From Methanobacteriota archaeon (GTDB lineage Archaea; Thermoplasmatota; Poseidoniia; Poseidoniales; Poseidoniaceae): 64,000 nucleotides of DNA. Where the stretch lies: assembly GCA_002726495.1 (NCBI GenBank), contig PBTH01000020.1:6650-70649 (forward strand), written 5' to 3'. The notes under the pieces were generated by a model. It had not been told where the DNA came from and did not search any database. It was given only the letters and a program-made list of their open reading frames with translations. Shown piece by piece: positions 38,728 through 49,031 of the stretch; positions within the stretch are counted from its first letter, which is position 1, and each line of letters opens with the position of its first letter. Position numbers and translations under genes: made by a program.

Positions 38728-40944
38728 TCACTCTTCCTCTTCACGAACCAGAGTTTCAGGTATTCGTGCTGCGAAAGGAATGGTATTCATCCTACCGTTG
38801 AGTTCAATATCAACCGAAGGTGCATTGCCTTCCAACTCAACGAGGACAAACATCCGATTGCCTTGCTTTAGGGTATCAAGGAATACCTCCTCTCCTTGGA
38901 ATAAGAATCTCGGCTCTACATGTTGAATGGCATATGCTTGGCCACCGGGGGCATCAAATCGAACTGCTGCGAGGTCCCATTCACCTTCAATCACGTGAAC
39001 TCCAACTACGATTGGCCATGCATGTTCTGTTTTTGCCATTCGTTGGTCGACCCTCCAAACCGCTAAATCCAGAATTTCAGTTCGGTGCGATAGGACTGGC
39101 TGACCCCATGTTTCAACTCCATCATCCCATGGGAGTTGAGCAACTGCGTGAAGTGCCCGAACCAAATCTTTCTGTGATGTTGTGATGTTTACTTCACCCG
39201 AATCCAAACGTCGTCTGTACCAATCCAACCGTGCCTTTTTCGAGAATATCTCGTTGGCGTAGGCTCTACTCCTTTGCAAGTGAATAACAAGGTAAAGAAC
39301 CGGAATAAGGAACGAGGTTCCCAAAACCCAACGTGCTACTCCTCCCCAGAACACAGCATCTTCACTTGGGGGGAACCAAGGTTCATCACCTTCATCGACC
39401 AGCAAGTAACTTGGTGAAATGGTGTACATCAGTGACTCGGCATCGTCGCCCCAATTATGGTTGGTAACATCGGTCGCATTTGCATGACGGATTTGGAGGT
39501 AATGGGTTCCTCTGCCAACCTTTAGGCTGACTTTCAAGGATTCCAAAGAAGAACTTGAAACAGAAGTGTCAAGCACTTCTGATGTGTATTGGTCAATGTC
39601 CCATATTTGTGCTTCCAAGCCAGTGATATTTCCAGTGATGGTGAATTGTACAAGATGGATTGAATCTTCCCACCCATCCACTACAAACCTGTAGGTATCA
39701 ACGGTGTCATGTATCGCTAAGGTCAATTCACCAACTCCGTTTGTCGTTAGGTTGACAGTGGGCCATGAAGAATTATCAGATTCAAGGTCGGCAGGTCTGT
39801 ACGATGGTGCCTCCATCCATGCGTTGTTGTCAGAATACGTAATTGCACGTATTTGCAATGCAAATACGGGTGTTTGTTCAACAACAATTCTGCCACCAAT
39901 GTTTCCCGGATAAGGATAGATGGTGCGGGACTCACCTTGCTCCATCGAGTGCATTGTTCCAATAACCCAAGATCCGTTCAGCAATTGATCAACTCGGATG
40001 TTTGCTTCACCCAATGGGCTATGAACTTCAATCGCAGTGGTAGCGTTCCAATCAAATACAGATTCAGTGGCGGCATGCCCTAACAGTTCAACTCCATCAA
40101 GCAAATTCAGTCCAATCAAAGGCGTTGATGGAATGTTGGTATGAATCAATGCATGTGCAATCCACGGCGCGGGGAATACGGGGCTGGATATACGGACAAT
40201 AAAGCGACCATAGTCAGGAGCAATCCACCAATTGACCGGCACGGGTTCCTCGTTGAGTTCATTGTAACCTGCATTACTTGAGAGAGTGGATTCAAAGGAC
40301 TGTTCGTCGGTACTGTTTTGGAAATAAATCTGAACTGTAACCTCTTCTGGAGTGTTCAGCCATTGCCATTCAAGAGTATCACCTATGTTGGCATCCACAA
40401 CAATGTATTCGTCAGCCGTGGTATTGATGATGCCGGTGTGCAGAGCATCAATAATTTTTGTTTCATTAATCACTGATGATAGGGAGTCCAAGGGTGCACT
40501 CGTACATTCTGTGGGAGTTGTACACATTCCAACCATGCTGGAAGGATGATCATTTTGTGGACTCGGGCGAACGGTATCGTGGGTGTCGACAAAATTGTAT
40601 TGTAATGCAAAACGAATGGTCTCGCTTTGAGATGATGAAATGCTAATGTTTACCGTTCCAGAATTTGACATTTGAAGAATGAGATTGGATGAACCAGATG
40701 TGTTTTCGTTTTCGGCAACGATGGTACCAATGCACGCAACACAATCAAGAGCCAATATGACAAAATCATCTTTTTCCACCTCAATCGTTGTTTCGTAGGT
40801 TGTACCTGCATCTAATGAGATTACTGTGATTCTTCCATCAACAACGTATGATTCGTGTTCTTGAGCTTGGACAAAAGGAGAAAGTGAACTCAGGATGAGG
40901 AGTACCAAGACGAGCCCCAAAGGCAGCGAACTTTCCCTTCCCAT
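38728..40944 (-). CDS. Secreted/membrane protein of unknown function (extracellular beta domains, TM, ~180-aa cytoplasmic domain)
   Basis: Signal peptide ending VQA, TM WVLGTSFLIPVLYLVI, long uninterrupted ORF. Confidence 0.65.
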   Translation of the reverse strand: MGRESSLPLGLVLVLLILSSLSPFVQAQEHESYVVDGRITVISLDAGTTYETTIEVEKDDFVILALDCVACIGTIVAENENTSGSSNLILQMSNSGTVNISISSSQSETIRFALQYNFVDTHDTVRPSPQNDHPSSMVGMCTTPTECTSAPLDSLSSVINETKIIDALHTGIINTTADEYIVVDANIGDTLEWQWLNTPEEVTVQIYFQNSTDEQSFESTLSSNAGYNELNEEPVPVNWWIAPDYGRFIVRISSPVFPAPWIAHALIHTNIPSTPLIGLNLLDGVELLGHAATESVFDWNATTAIEVHSPLGEANIRVDQLLNGSWVIGTMHSMEQGESRTIYPYPGNIGGRIVVEQTPVFALQIRAITYSDNNAWMEAPSYRPADLESDNSSWPTVNLTTNGVGELTLAIHDTVDTYRFVVDGWEDSIHLVQFTITGNITGLEAQIWDIDQYTSEVLDTSVSSSSLESLKVSLKVGRGTHYLQIRHANATDVTNHNWGDDAESLMYTISPSYLLVDEGDEPWFPPSEDAVFWGGVARWVLGTSFLIPVLYLVIHLQRSRAYANEIFSKKARLDWYRRRLDSGEVNITTSQKDLVRALHAVAQLPWDDGVETWGQPVLSHRTEILDLAVWRVDQRMAKTEHAWPIVVGVHVIEGEWDLAAVRFDAPGGQAYAIQHVEPRFLFQGEEVFLDTLKQGNRMFVLVELEGNAPSVDIELNGRMNTIPFAARIPETLVREEEE

Positions 40945-40967
40945 GGATTTGGGGTTGGGCCGGGGCC

Positions 40968-41006
40968 TTTCAAACTCACGGCTCTTTCTTGTTCAAACCC
41001 TTGAAG
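40968..41006. promoter_or_regulatory. Back-to-back divergent promoter boxes: TTGAAA (minus, 40973-40968) and TTGAAG (plus, 41001-41006)
   Basis: Each begins exactly 29 nt from its ATG (40944 and 41030). Confidence 0.6.
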
Positions 41007-41029
41007 AAGCGATGGTGACAGGGTGTACC

Positions 41030-42802
41030 ATGACGGCCCCACTTGCACGTACCGTGCTTCATCGTCTTCGCTTTGCGAGAAGTTGGGGTTTGGGTGACAG
41101 AAAGTCACCATCTGCTACCACTCCAAGTCTGATTAGAATGGACGGTGACCCGGAAGTCGACCTCGCATACGCTTGCTTCGAAGTGAAGAAAACAAATCAA
41201 CTGCCAGCACGTCTACAACTTTGTGCCCTGGGCCCCTTCTCCCCTCCCAATTTTGCTGACGCATCCCCTCGATACGATGTCAATATTGGTCATGTTTTAC
41301 CGCCCTCTTTAGAAGAGGCAAATGCAGGTGAAGAGCAAGGAACGTCCCCCCTTCTTCCCGTGTCATGGCAACGGATGAACCACGATCCTTCGCTCATGGA
41401 TGAATCACTAAATCCAGAGGTTGTTGTCCTCACCGATGCCGTTCAATTGGCTGCACAACCTGGGAAGTTGGTTGATGCTCTTGTCGTTTTGAAGAAACAA
41501 TTTCCTGGTGCGTTGATTTGGACACCGGGGCTTGGTGGACCCGATAATGCAGCAGTTCTGGCTTGGATGGGTGTTGATTTGTTTGACATGGCTCGAAGCC
41601 ACGAAGCATCAGCCTCTGGCGTGTTGCTCACCATGTTTGGACCTCGTTTTCCTTTAGCCCATGAGTCATCTCTTATCGATGCACAGTCAACACATTGGTT
41701 GCAGGCTCTTGACGAGGTCCGCTCTTCGATTGCAAGTGGGACATTAAGGACGCTTGCTGAGCGACAAACGCTCTCAAGTCCACGTTTGGTTGAACATTTA
41801 CGATACCACGATCAAGCTTGTTCTGATGTAAGGGGACTTCTCACAACCCATGTTGCTAAGGAAACTCGGTTTCCATGTTATTCTACAACAATGCTATCCG
41901 AGCCATTGGTTACAGATTGGGAGACATTTATGATGTCGGCATATGAGCCTCCCGCCGAAGTTCGAGAAGTCATGATTTTGTTGCCATGCTCTGCCCGTAA
42001 ACCGTACCGCCTCTCAAAATCCCATGGACGCTTTATCCAAGCCATTCAGTCCACGGCATGTCATGAAGTGATGATGACTTCACCTCTCGGTTTGGTCCCT
42101 CGTGACTTGGAGGATGTTTGGCCTGCTTCGCATTACGATGTGCCCGTGACGGGGGATTGGAATCTTGATGAACTAGCCAGAGTTGAACGAATGCTGACGA
42201 ATTTGGTCGCTCGTGTTGGTTACAAGCGCATCATCAATCATACTGAGATGGACCTTTCTTTCCTCGGATGCGAGGTCATTGAAACACGAAAGAACCGAGG
42301 TGCAGGTTCACATGAAGCACTCCAAGATTTGAAATCAGCGGTCAAGGACGCAGTAGCGGCATATGAATTGAGAAATCAGAAGAATTCACTCCGTCTGCGT
42401 TCAAATTACATGAGTGTTGCACGAAAGAACATGCGTAATGACAAATGGCTTGAGGATGTTTCAGTACGTGGGAAATTACCACGTTGGCGCTTGGAGAAAG
42501 ACGGAATTCAAGTTGCGGTGTGGTCCATTGACAGGAGTGGATTTTCTTTTTCTAAATCTTCAATTGACCTTCTTCATGAACATGAATCACTTCCCAAAAT
42601 TCATATCAAAACTGATTTGAAATGGAAAGGAGACATTTTTTCCCCCATGGTTGAAGCATATGACTCCAATATCCGTAAGGGAGATGATCTCTTGGTGATT
42701 CAAGATGGAAATGTAATCGGTCTTGCCCGAGCAGTTGCTCCTGGATGGGAATGGAACGGTACTCCTGGGACTTTAGCAAAATCGCATCAGCGAAAAAAGT
42801 AG
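41030..42802 (+). CDS. arcS: Archaeosine synthase ArcS-like (degenerate TGT domain, DUF5591-type core, PUA)
   Basis: LLPCSARKPYRLSKSH, TSPLGLVPRDLE and HYDVPVTGDW motifs, plus a C-terminal PUA-like domain. Confidence 0.85.
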   Translation: MTAPLARTVLHRLRFARSWGLGDRKSPSATTPSLIRMDGDPEVDLAYACFEVKKTNQLPARLQLCALGPFSPPNFADASPRYDVNIGHVLPPSLEEANAGEEQGTSPLLPVSWQRMNHDPSLMDESLNPEVVVLTDAVQLAAQPGKLVDALVVLKKQFPGALIWTPGLGGPDNAAVLAWMGVDLFDMARSHEASASGVLLTMFGPRFPLAHESSLIDAQSTHWLQALDEVRSSIASGTLRTLAERQTLSSPRLVEHLRYHDQACSDVRGLLTTHVAKETRFPCYSTTMLSEPLVTDWETFMMSAYEPPAEVREVMILLPCSARKPYRLSKSHGRFIQAIQSTACHEVMMTSPLGLVPRDLEDVWPASHYDVPVTGDWNLDELARVERMLTNLVARVGYKRIINHTEMDLSFLGCEVIETRKNRGAGSHEALQDLKSAVKDAVAAYELRNQKNSLRLRSNYMSVARKNMRNDKWLEDVSVRGKLPRWRLEKDGIQVAVWSIDRSGFSFSKSSIDLLHEHESLPKIHIKTDLKWKGDIFSPMVEAYDSNIRKGDDLLVIQDGNVIGLARAVAPGWEWNGTPGTLAKSHQRKK

Positions 42803-42886
42803 TTTCAATGCAGGCCCAACTGGGCCATGGCGTAGCGGAGTGGTTAAGAAGGGGAGATTAGTCGGAAGGCCGCTTGGTGATTGCAA

Positions 42887-43345
42887 ATGGCACGTATGTT
42901 CAAGTCCCGAAAAGGCCAAAGTGGCTCCTCTCGACCCCATGTCAAAGAAGCTCCTGCTTGGTCCAATACGGATAAGGCAGCCGTTACATCCCTCATTCTT
43001 GACCTTGCTAAGTCAGGAAAATCTACTGCAGAAATAGGGACCATTCTCCGAGATAAGCACGCAGTTCCAAACGTCCGTTTGGTTCTCGGAATGCGTATCG
43101 GCCAAGTCCTCGCAGAGAATGACATTACCAATTCATACCCTGAAGACATGATGAACCTCATGCGACAAGCTGTTGCCATCATCAACCACCTCGGTTCAGG
43201 AAATCACAAGGACATTCACAACAAGCGAGCCTTGGAAATCACCGAATCCAAAATTCGCCGTCTTGCTAACTACTACAAAGGCGAGAATCGCCTGCCAAGT
43301 GACTGGCGATACAAGAGAGACGAACTCCGTCTGATGGTTGAGTGA
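42887..43345 (+). CDS. rps15: 30S ribosomal protein uS15 (archaeal S15/S13e)
   Basis: MARM...KGQSGSSRP, IGTILRD, PEDM.NL and ESKIRRL.YYK motifs. SD GGTGA at 42876. Confidence 0.97.
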   Translation: MARMFKSRKGQSGSSRPHVKEAPAWSNTDKAAVTSLILDLAKSGKSTAEIGTILRDKHAVPNVRLVLGMRIGQVLAENDITNSYPEDMMNLMRQAVAIINHLGSGNHKDIHNKRALEITESKIRRLANYYKGENRLPSDWRYKRDELRLMVE

Positions 43346-43414
43346 TTGTTTCAATACCTTCTCTCGCAAGGTCAACTTGATGAGGGGTAACTGCCTAAGC
43401 GTGGCGGGAGCACC

Positions 43415-44320
43415 ATGCGAGACCTTCTTGAGACTCCATTTTTTAACGGCTCTAAGGAGCGTTTGATGGCTCAGGCATCCCGTATCCAAGAAGCATCCAT
43501 GCTTCACCTCCATGCCCCTTCCAGCCTTGAAGGAGTCCTCGCCCTTGGCTTCATGGAAGCGGCATGTTTGGATGCAGGATACAAGTATCAACGTAGACTC
43601 TACCCTGCAAAGCACCACCGTCCAAGGGATGAGGTGTTGACCATCGAATCGTCTTCATCAGGATTGGGAGTGTTGATTCTTTCTGAAGAAGAAACATGGG
43701 ATGCAAATGATTTGAAAGACGATGGGCCTGTCAAACTTGTTCCAACCTCAACAAATGTACAACTTGGAACTCAGAACCGTATCCATCATGGGGCCTTGGA
43801 TTGTGTGATTCAAGCCTCTGCTCTTGCTGCTTGTATAGCACCAAACGGTAGAAGGGTTCGTCAAATGCGCCCTTTTTCATCCCTAGGGCTGTGGATGAGA
43901 GCCTCCCTTGATAGAACCATTGATCCGATTCATACCGCAGTCGTCATGCATCTCAAAGAAGAAGGCAGTATTCGAGTTGTTTCGCTTCCTGAGGTGAAGC
44001 AACCTGAGCCAGATATGATTCCGGGCTTGGCCGAGCGTCGGCTTAAGAAATTGCATCGGGCTTGGGCTGGGATGGATGTTGAAGAGCGTACTCAAGCTTT
44101 GAGTGAACTTGTACTTCCGTGTTTGGTTGAACCAACACTTTCAACGCCCCGATTGGAAGAATTGATCTGGCACAGGATGCTTTCGGGAGATGAAGATGTG
44201 GACATAGCAAGTCAAGCATTTGCAGCACAGAGAACGTGGCCTAAGACGCTCAGTGATGAGCGATTGCATGCTTCCAAATTGATTGACCATTGGATACAAA
44301 ACGGCAATTTACTGCTGTAA
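43415..44320 (+). CDS. Degenerate, truncated DHH/RecJ-like (GAN/Cdc45-type) protein
   Basis: Lies directly after rps15, as in many Euryarchaeota. Residual similarity (PDMIPGL, WAGMDVEER) but no DxDG or DHH motif and no DHHA1 domain. Confidence 0.55.
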   Translation: MRDLLETPFFNGSKERLMAQASRIQEASMLHLHAPSSLEGVLALGFMEAACLDAGYKYQRRLYPAKHHRPRDEVLTIESSSSGLGVLILSEEETWDANDLKDDGPVKLVPTSTNVQLGTQNRIHHGALDCVIQASALAACIAPNGRRVRQMRPFSSLGLWMRASLDRTIDPIHTAVVMHLKEEGSIRVVSLPEVKQPEPDMIPGLAERRLKKLHRAWAGMDVEERTQALSELVLPCLVEPTLSTPRLEELIWHRMLSGDEDVDIASQAFAAQRTWPKTLSDERLHASKLIDHWIQNGNLLL

Positions 44321-44334
44321 TCTCAAGCGACGGG

Positions 44335-44340
44335 TTGAAA
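44335..44340 (+). promoter_or_regulatory. Putative TATA-like box TTGAAA
   Basis: Begins 29 nt before ATG 44364. Confidence 0.55.
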
Positions 44341-44363
44341 GATAGCACCTCCATGCCCTAACC

Positions 44364-44714
44364 ATGGCGATTGAGCGTTTGTTAACCGGAAGCATCCAAA
44401 ATCAGATACAGGAACTGATGTCAACAGAAGACCTTGTCATTGAAGCATTTCGTGATCTCGTGAAAGACGAGCTCAAGACACACATTCGGGCTAAAGTGGA
44501 TGAAGACCCGGATTTGAAGGCTGAGATCAAGGAGGCTGTGGCCTATTATTTCCACTCGAAAGCAAGAAGCATATACGCTGAATTAAAAGCCACAAGAGCA
44601 GCGACACGCCTCGGCCTCAGATTGCTTCCAGACGAACTTCAGGGTGAAGTCGGTGAGGCTTTGGTGACCTTGTTCGAGAAGGAACTTGGCGCCTTGCTTG
44701 AAAAGGCACTTTAG
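44364..44714 (+). CDS. Small helical hypothetical protein
   Basis: Clean ORF with its own promoter-like box and amphipathic helical composition. Confidence 0.7.
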   Translation: MAIERLLTGSIQNQIQELMSTEDLVIEAFRDLVKDELKTHIRAKVDEDPDLKAEIKEAVAYYFHSKARSIYAELKATRAATRLGLRLLPDELQGEVGEALVTLFEKELGALLEKAL

Positions 44715-44781
44715 GCATATTCTTGCCCAAAGATGAGTTCAAGTTATGTGCCTTTCAATCATCGGGTCTTTTGTAGGTAAC

Positions 44782-46812
44782 ATGCGAACTGCTACATTCA
44801 TCAGTTTTCTCTTCGTTGGGATGTTGGTTTTACCCTTCGTTTCAACCTCGGTTGAAGCGGCTGATAGTGAAGATGTTGTCGTCTACAGCGATGCCTCTGA
44901 AGTTGAATTATATCTCCTTGGAAGTGATAGCAACAAGGTGTTAACACCCTTCCTCGCAGAATTGGGTGAAGAATCTCAATCTGTAAAGATCCAAAATTCC
45001 ATACAATCACAAGAGACGGTTGGGAAATGGACGCTCCCGCAAACATGGGAAGGGACAGTTCCTGCATCGGAATGGACGTTTTCCATCTCATACGTCGTTA
45101 GCGGGGCGGCAGCAGCTCAAATTAATGCCACTGCGACGATTACAATCGGTTCCAAAAGTTACAGTGCTCAAACCGATCCTGGGGGGTCAATTCTTGCTCA
45201 AGGATCGGGCAATCTAGAGTTCAAGATTGATGTTGAAGCGGGAGGAGTTCTGACCACGTCGTCAAGTCTTGAGTTGGAGATGACGGCCCAAACACTTCTG
45301 TTTTCACTTCCCGAGGGAGCTGATGCAAAGTTGGAGTTTTTCTGGGGAAGCACAGACGATGACTCTTCAATAGAGGGGACTCTTCCTCTTCTAGACATCA
45401 TGATGCCAGAACCTGAAATTGAGGGTTCGGATGTCTATCTTGCCGTTAAGTTGGATTCACCATGGGGTCTGTCCACTCTGGCACTAGCAGAATCCATCAG
45501 CCTCAGTGTTGACGGTCAACCCGTTACAGGAGACCCGATTGAAACAGCATCCGGGGATACAGTTCGAGTTACTTGGACATGGGACAAAGCTTCGGGAGGA
45601 ATTGAGACAATCAAGGTGGAAGTTGAATTACAATTCCAACCTGGAATGCCTCCGTTGAAGGGTTCAACAACATTTGAGATTGAAACTTTTGATGGAAGCG
45701 GCGGTACTGGAACCTACTATCCACCGGATGAACCGTTGCGAACAAACGGTGATGGAAGTTCTCTTGATATCGACATACAAATGGACCTAACCAACGATGC
45801 AAACGGTCTGCGTTTGCAGAAGGTGACAACGCTTACCGTTGGCAATGAAATGGCATTTTGGATGCGTTGGGGCCTTGACCACATTGGAGATGATGACCAG
45901 TCGCTTTCAACCACTCTGAGAGCATTCAGTGCGGGATCCGTGACCGATGAAGACCGCATTAGCCGTAATATTGAACCAACTGAAGTTGGTGAATTTGAAC
46001 GGCAAATGGCAAACCTCGGCCCGATGTATCTTTCAAGTGGTTTAGGAATAAATGCCGAGGATCTTTTGGGTGTGTTTCCGGATTTTGACTCCATTCAGGT
46101 TGACCTTGACCTCAATGGAGAAAACGGTGTTGTGAATCATCCTGTGACGCTTCGTATTTCAACAACAGAAACTGTTGAAGATGATAAGAGGACGGAACTG
46201 ATCAATGATTTCTTAATCGTTCAACCCGCTCCCTTGTGGAGTGATTTTTCAATTTCACTGACGGCTAAAACCAACGCCTTCACATCGCTCAGTTTTAGTG
46301 AATTAAAACTCTCCGAAAATTTGGATTTATCGGTTTCAAGAATGCCATGGGGAGATACAATCCACCTTGAGGGCGATGGTCTTCAGCAGGAAGAGGAATT
46401 CCGATTGGAGACGGTTCCAACCAAAGCCCTCGTCTTTGCACCGTTGGTTATTGCAGTCCTGTCCGCAGCGGGTTTGTTGCTCGCATTTGCCATCACCATG
46501 CGTATCACACGTCAAAGGAAGCGTTCCTTTGTGTACTTTGAACTTGTATTCGTACCGATTATTGGTCTAATATACATCTTTGGATACAATTCAATCGTGG
46601 TTGGTGGTACGATTATTGGCAGTGCTTTGGTCTGGTGGATTACCGCCTTTTCAAGTCCAAGATTGGCCCCTCAACATTCCCGCCAATCCGCTGCGTCCTA
46701 CCCGATGATACCCTGCCCCGCCTGTCAAGTGATGAACCCAGTGACCTCGATGGAACGCCCGCATCGATTTGCGTGCACTGGATGTGAGCGAGTCATCAAA
46801 CTCGTCGCTTGA
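44782..46812 (+). CDS. Secreted/membrane protein with three C-terminal TMs and a terminal zinc ribbon
   Basis: Signal peptide ending VEA, TMs near the C-terminus, CPAC...CTGC. TTCAAT box 28 nt upstream. Confidence 0.7.
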   Translation: MRTATFISFLFVGMLVLPFVSTSVEAADSEDVVVYSDASEVELYLLGSDSNKVLTPFLAELGEESQSVKIQNSIQSQETVGKWTLPQTWEGTVPASEWTFSISYVVSGAAAAQINATATITIGSKSYSAQTDPGGSILAQGSGNLEFKIDVEAGGVLTTSSSLELEMTAQTLLFSLPEGADAKLEFFWGSTDDDSSIEGTLPLLDIMMPEPEIEGSDVYLAVKLDSPWGLSTLALAESISLSVDGQPVTGDPIETASGDTVRVTWTWDKASGGIETIKVEVELQFQPGMPPLKGSTTFEIETFDGSGGTGTYYPPDEPLRTNGDGSSLDIDIQMDLTNDANGLRLQKVTTLTVGNEMAFWMRWGLDHIGDDDQSLSTTLRAFSAGSVTDEDRISRNIEPTEVGEFERQMANLGPMYLSSGLGINAEDLLGVFPDFDSIQVDLDLNGENGVVNHPVTLRISTTETVEDDKRTELINDFLIVQPAPLWSDFSISLTAKTNAFTSLSFSELKLSENLDLSVSRMPWGDTIHLEGDGLQQEEEFRLETVPTKALVFAPLVIAVLSAAGLLLAFAITMRITRQRKRSFVYFELVFVPIIGLIYIFGYNSIVVGGTIIGSALVWWITAFSSPRLAPQHSRQSAASYPMIPCPACQVMNPVTSMERPHRFACTGCERVIKLVA

Positions 46813-47223
46813 TCAGAGTTTAAGGTCTTGAAGGTTGGAAACCAAATTTACAGCGTCTTGGTAATCTCCTGGTGAAAAGTATCCGGCGAATTCTTCGTTT
46901 TCATCAACAGCAACGACTGCTTGAGGGCTGCGAAGTTTTACATTTTCCAAGACGCTCTTTAGCTCGTCTGTTAAGTGTACCAGCATGAAGTCCATTTCCA
47001 TATGTTCATGACACAATGCCGATGATGCATCGACTCCTTCACTCAATGCTTTGATAAGCTGTTTGTGGCCAATCACGCCTTGTACATTGTTGTCATCATT
47101 GAGGACAATGAGGATTCCACCAGTAATACTTAGCAAGCGTTTCGCACCTTCTTGAAGTGAGTCGTTTCCTCCGATGGTTGTGTGTTCATCGTCAAGTTTC
47201 AAACTGGATACTGTCTTGCCCAT
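46813..47223 (-). CDS. CBS-domain pair protein
   Basis: LIVLNDDNNVQGVI and VVAVDENEEFAGYFS, typical of paired CBS motifs. Confidence 0.7.
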   Translation of the reverse strand: MGKTVSSLKLDDEHTTIGGNDSLQEGAKRLLSITGGILIVLNDDNNVQGVIGHKQLIKALSEGVDASSALCHEHMEMDFMLVHLTDELKSVLENVKLRSPQAVVAVDENEEFAGYFSPGDYQDAVNLVSNLQDLKL

Positions 47224-47265
47224 ACAAGGGGCTACACTGCAAGTATTCTATCTAACTTGCTTACT

Positions 47266-49002
47266 TTATTCATCAAAACTTTCATGACAAAGTATGAATG
47301 AATCGTTTTCTTTGATGCAAGCATAACCAATACGTTCGAGTTGAACGATGGTGCCCGGTGCAAAATTGTGTTTCTCAATGCGACCCTGAACTGTTTGTAT
47401 TTCATCATTTGATGTTGACAAAAGGGTTCCTTCAAGGCTGTTTTCCTTGGTGATCCAATGGACGATTGGTCGCTTGTCACTTCGTTCATAGGAGTCAATG
47501 TTGGCGACAGGAGAAGGCGCGCCTTTCAACGTGATATCTGCAAATTCTTTGAGCCGTAGTGAGCCTTTTTGAGCATCTTCATTCTCAATGTAAATCTCTC
47601 TTCCAATCATTTCCCATGTTCGCATCCCCATACTTTCATCATTGGGGTGAACCGGTGTTGAAATTGAATTTGGAATCTCATCGCCTTCAACCTTACATAG
47701 GACTGGATGGCGTATGAATGACAACCTTGGAGCCTCAGCATCCACAACCTTGGTATTGTGTGCATAAAGAGTTGATAGCGGGACAGATATGTCCTTCTGC
47801 GTGATTCCAAGCTCAAGCCAAAATGCACGCAGTGCAGTGTTTGAGATCCCCCTTCCGCTCAGCCCCTCTAAGGTTGGGAGACGCGGGTCGCCCCACCCTG
47901 GATAGCGGCCAGATTCAATGTCATTTCGCATTTTGGAAGTCGAGAAACCACCCCACTCATGAACTTTGACTCGACCCCAGTACATTGTTTCGGGATAATC
48001 CCAACCAAAGTGCTCGTAGAGGAGTGTTTGCTTACGTGTTGAGTCCATGAGGTCTTTTCCACGAATGATGTGTGTTACTCCTTGTAGATGATCCTCAACT
48101 GCACTTTGGAAGTCAAGTAAGGGCCATACCACATATTTTGAACCGACTTCTGGCCTTGGATGGGGATGAGATTCCGTATCTTGCAGTCGGAGTGCTGGCC
48201 AATCTCTCAGAGCAGGATTTTTCAACGTCATGTCCGTTTTCACACGTACAACAACATCACCTGGCTTAAATTGACGCTGAAGCATCATGCTCCATAAATT
48301 CAGATTTTCGCTCGTTTTTTGGTCACGGCAAGGACAATTGGTTTTAGCAATCCTATGCTCTTTGAAAACTTCTGCAGAACATTGGCATACGTAACCATGG
48401 TCGTTTTGGAGCATCAATTCTGCATGTTCGTAATACGCTTCCATTCTGTCTGATGCGATAATGACCCGGTCAGGCTTCCTTCCAGTTAGCCAAGCAGTCT
48501 CCTTTTGGATTCGCTCATAAGCATCGAGCATAGGAGGCTTTACTTTGGTATCTGTATCATCAAACCTTAGAATGAATTCACCATCATACATTTCCCTGTA
48601 GGTGCTATTGATAACCAATCCACGGGCATGGCCAAACGACAATGGTCCGTTTGGATTGGGTGCAAATCTTAGAACAACCTTTCCTTTCTCAGCGTTCTTG
48701 AGATCTGGGAGACCGGTTCTTCGCTCCTTAACTTCTCTTTTTTCCAAGAGATGAGGCGCTTCTTTTTCTAGAATTTCTTTAAGCACATCAAGTCCTTCTG
48801 CTGCGGCGGTTGAATTGGCCTTATTGACTTCCTTGGCCACAAGACCGGTTACGATCTTTCCATGTTGACGTAAGTCAGTACGCATGCCCATGATTCGGCC
48901 AATCACAGAACCAATGGCCGCTTTACCTTCGTATTCAATAGCATTCTGAATGGCTACATGACGAATCAGGTTCGCTGTCTCATCATCGGGTGTCCAATCC
49001 AT
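47266..49002 (-). CDS. gltX: Glutamate--tRNA ligase (archaeal type)
   Basis: RFAPNPNGPLSFGHAR, LRFDDTD, THIIRGKD, FSTSK and QLERIGY motifs. Confidence 0.95.
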   Translation of the reverse strand: MDWTPDDETANLIRHVAIQNAIEYEGKAAIGSVIGRIMGMRTDLRQHGKIVTGLVAKEVNKANSTAAAEGLDVLKEILEKEAPHLLEKREVKERRTGLPDLKNAEKGKVVLRFAPNPNGPLSFGHARGLVINSTYREMYDGEFILRFDDTDTKVKPPMLDAYERIQKETAWLTGRKPDRVIIASDRMEAYYEHAELMLQNDHGYVCQCSAEVFKEHRIAKTNCPCRDQKTSENLNLWSMMLQRQFKPGDVVVRVKTDMTLKNPALRDWPALRLQDTESHPHPRPEVGSKYVVWPLLDFQSAVEDHLQGVTHIIRGKDLMDSTRKQTLLYEHFGWDYPETMYWGRVKVHEWGGFSTSKMRNDIESGRYPGWGDPRLPTLEGLSGRGISNTALRAFWLELGITQKDISVPLSTLYAHNTKVVDAEAPRLSFIRHPVLCKVEGDEIPNSISTPVHPNDESMGMRTWEMIGREIYIENEDAQKGSLRLKEFADITLKGAPSPVANIDSYERSDKRPIVHWITKENSLEGTLLSTSNDEIQTVQGRIEKHNFAPGTIVQLERIGYACIKENDSFILCHESFDE

Positions 49003-49031
49003 GTCGCTCGCCCTCTCCTGTTCGCATCCCT

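Noticed and set aside
42811..42880. tRNA-like text (GTAGCGGAGTGGTTAAG) and hairpins upstream of rps15; possible tRNA or ribosomal leader
   Set aside because: There is no T-arm or acceptor stem. TTAAGA at 42844 is better explained as the promoter box, which would leave only a short leader.
48625..48670. GluRS HIGH motif reads SFGH
   Set aside because: First-position variation in HIGH is tolerated in class I synthetases and all other motifs are intact, so this is not evidence of inactivation.
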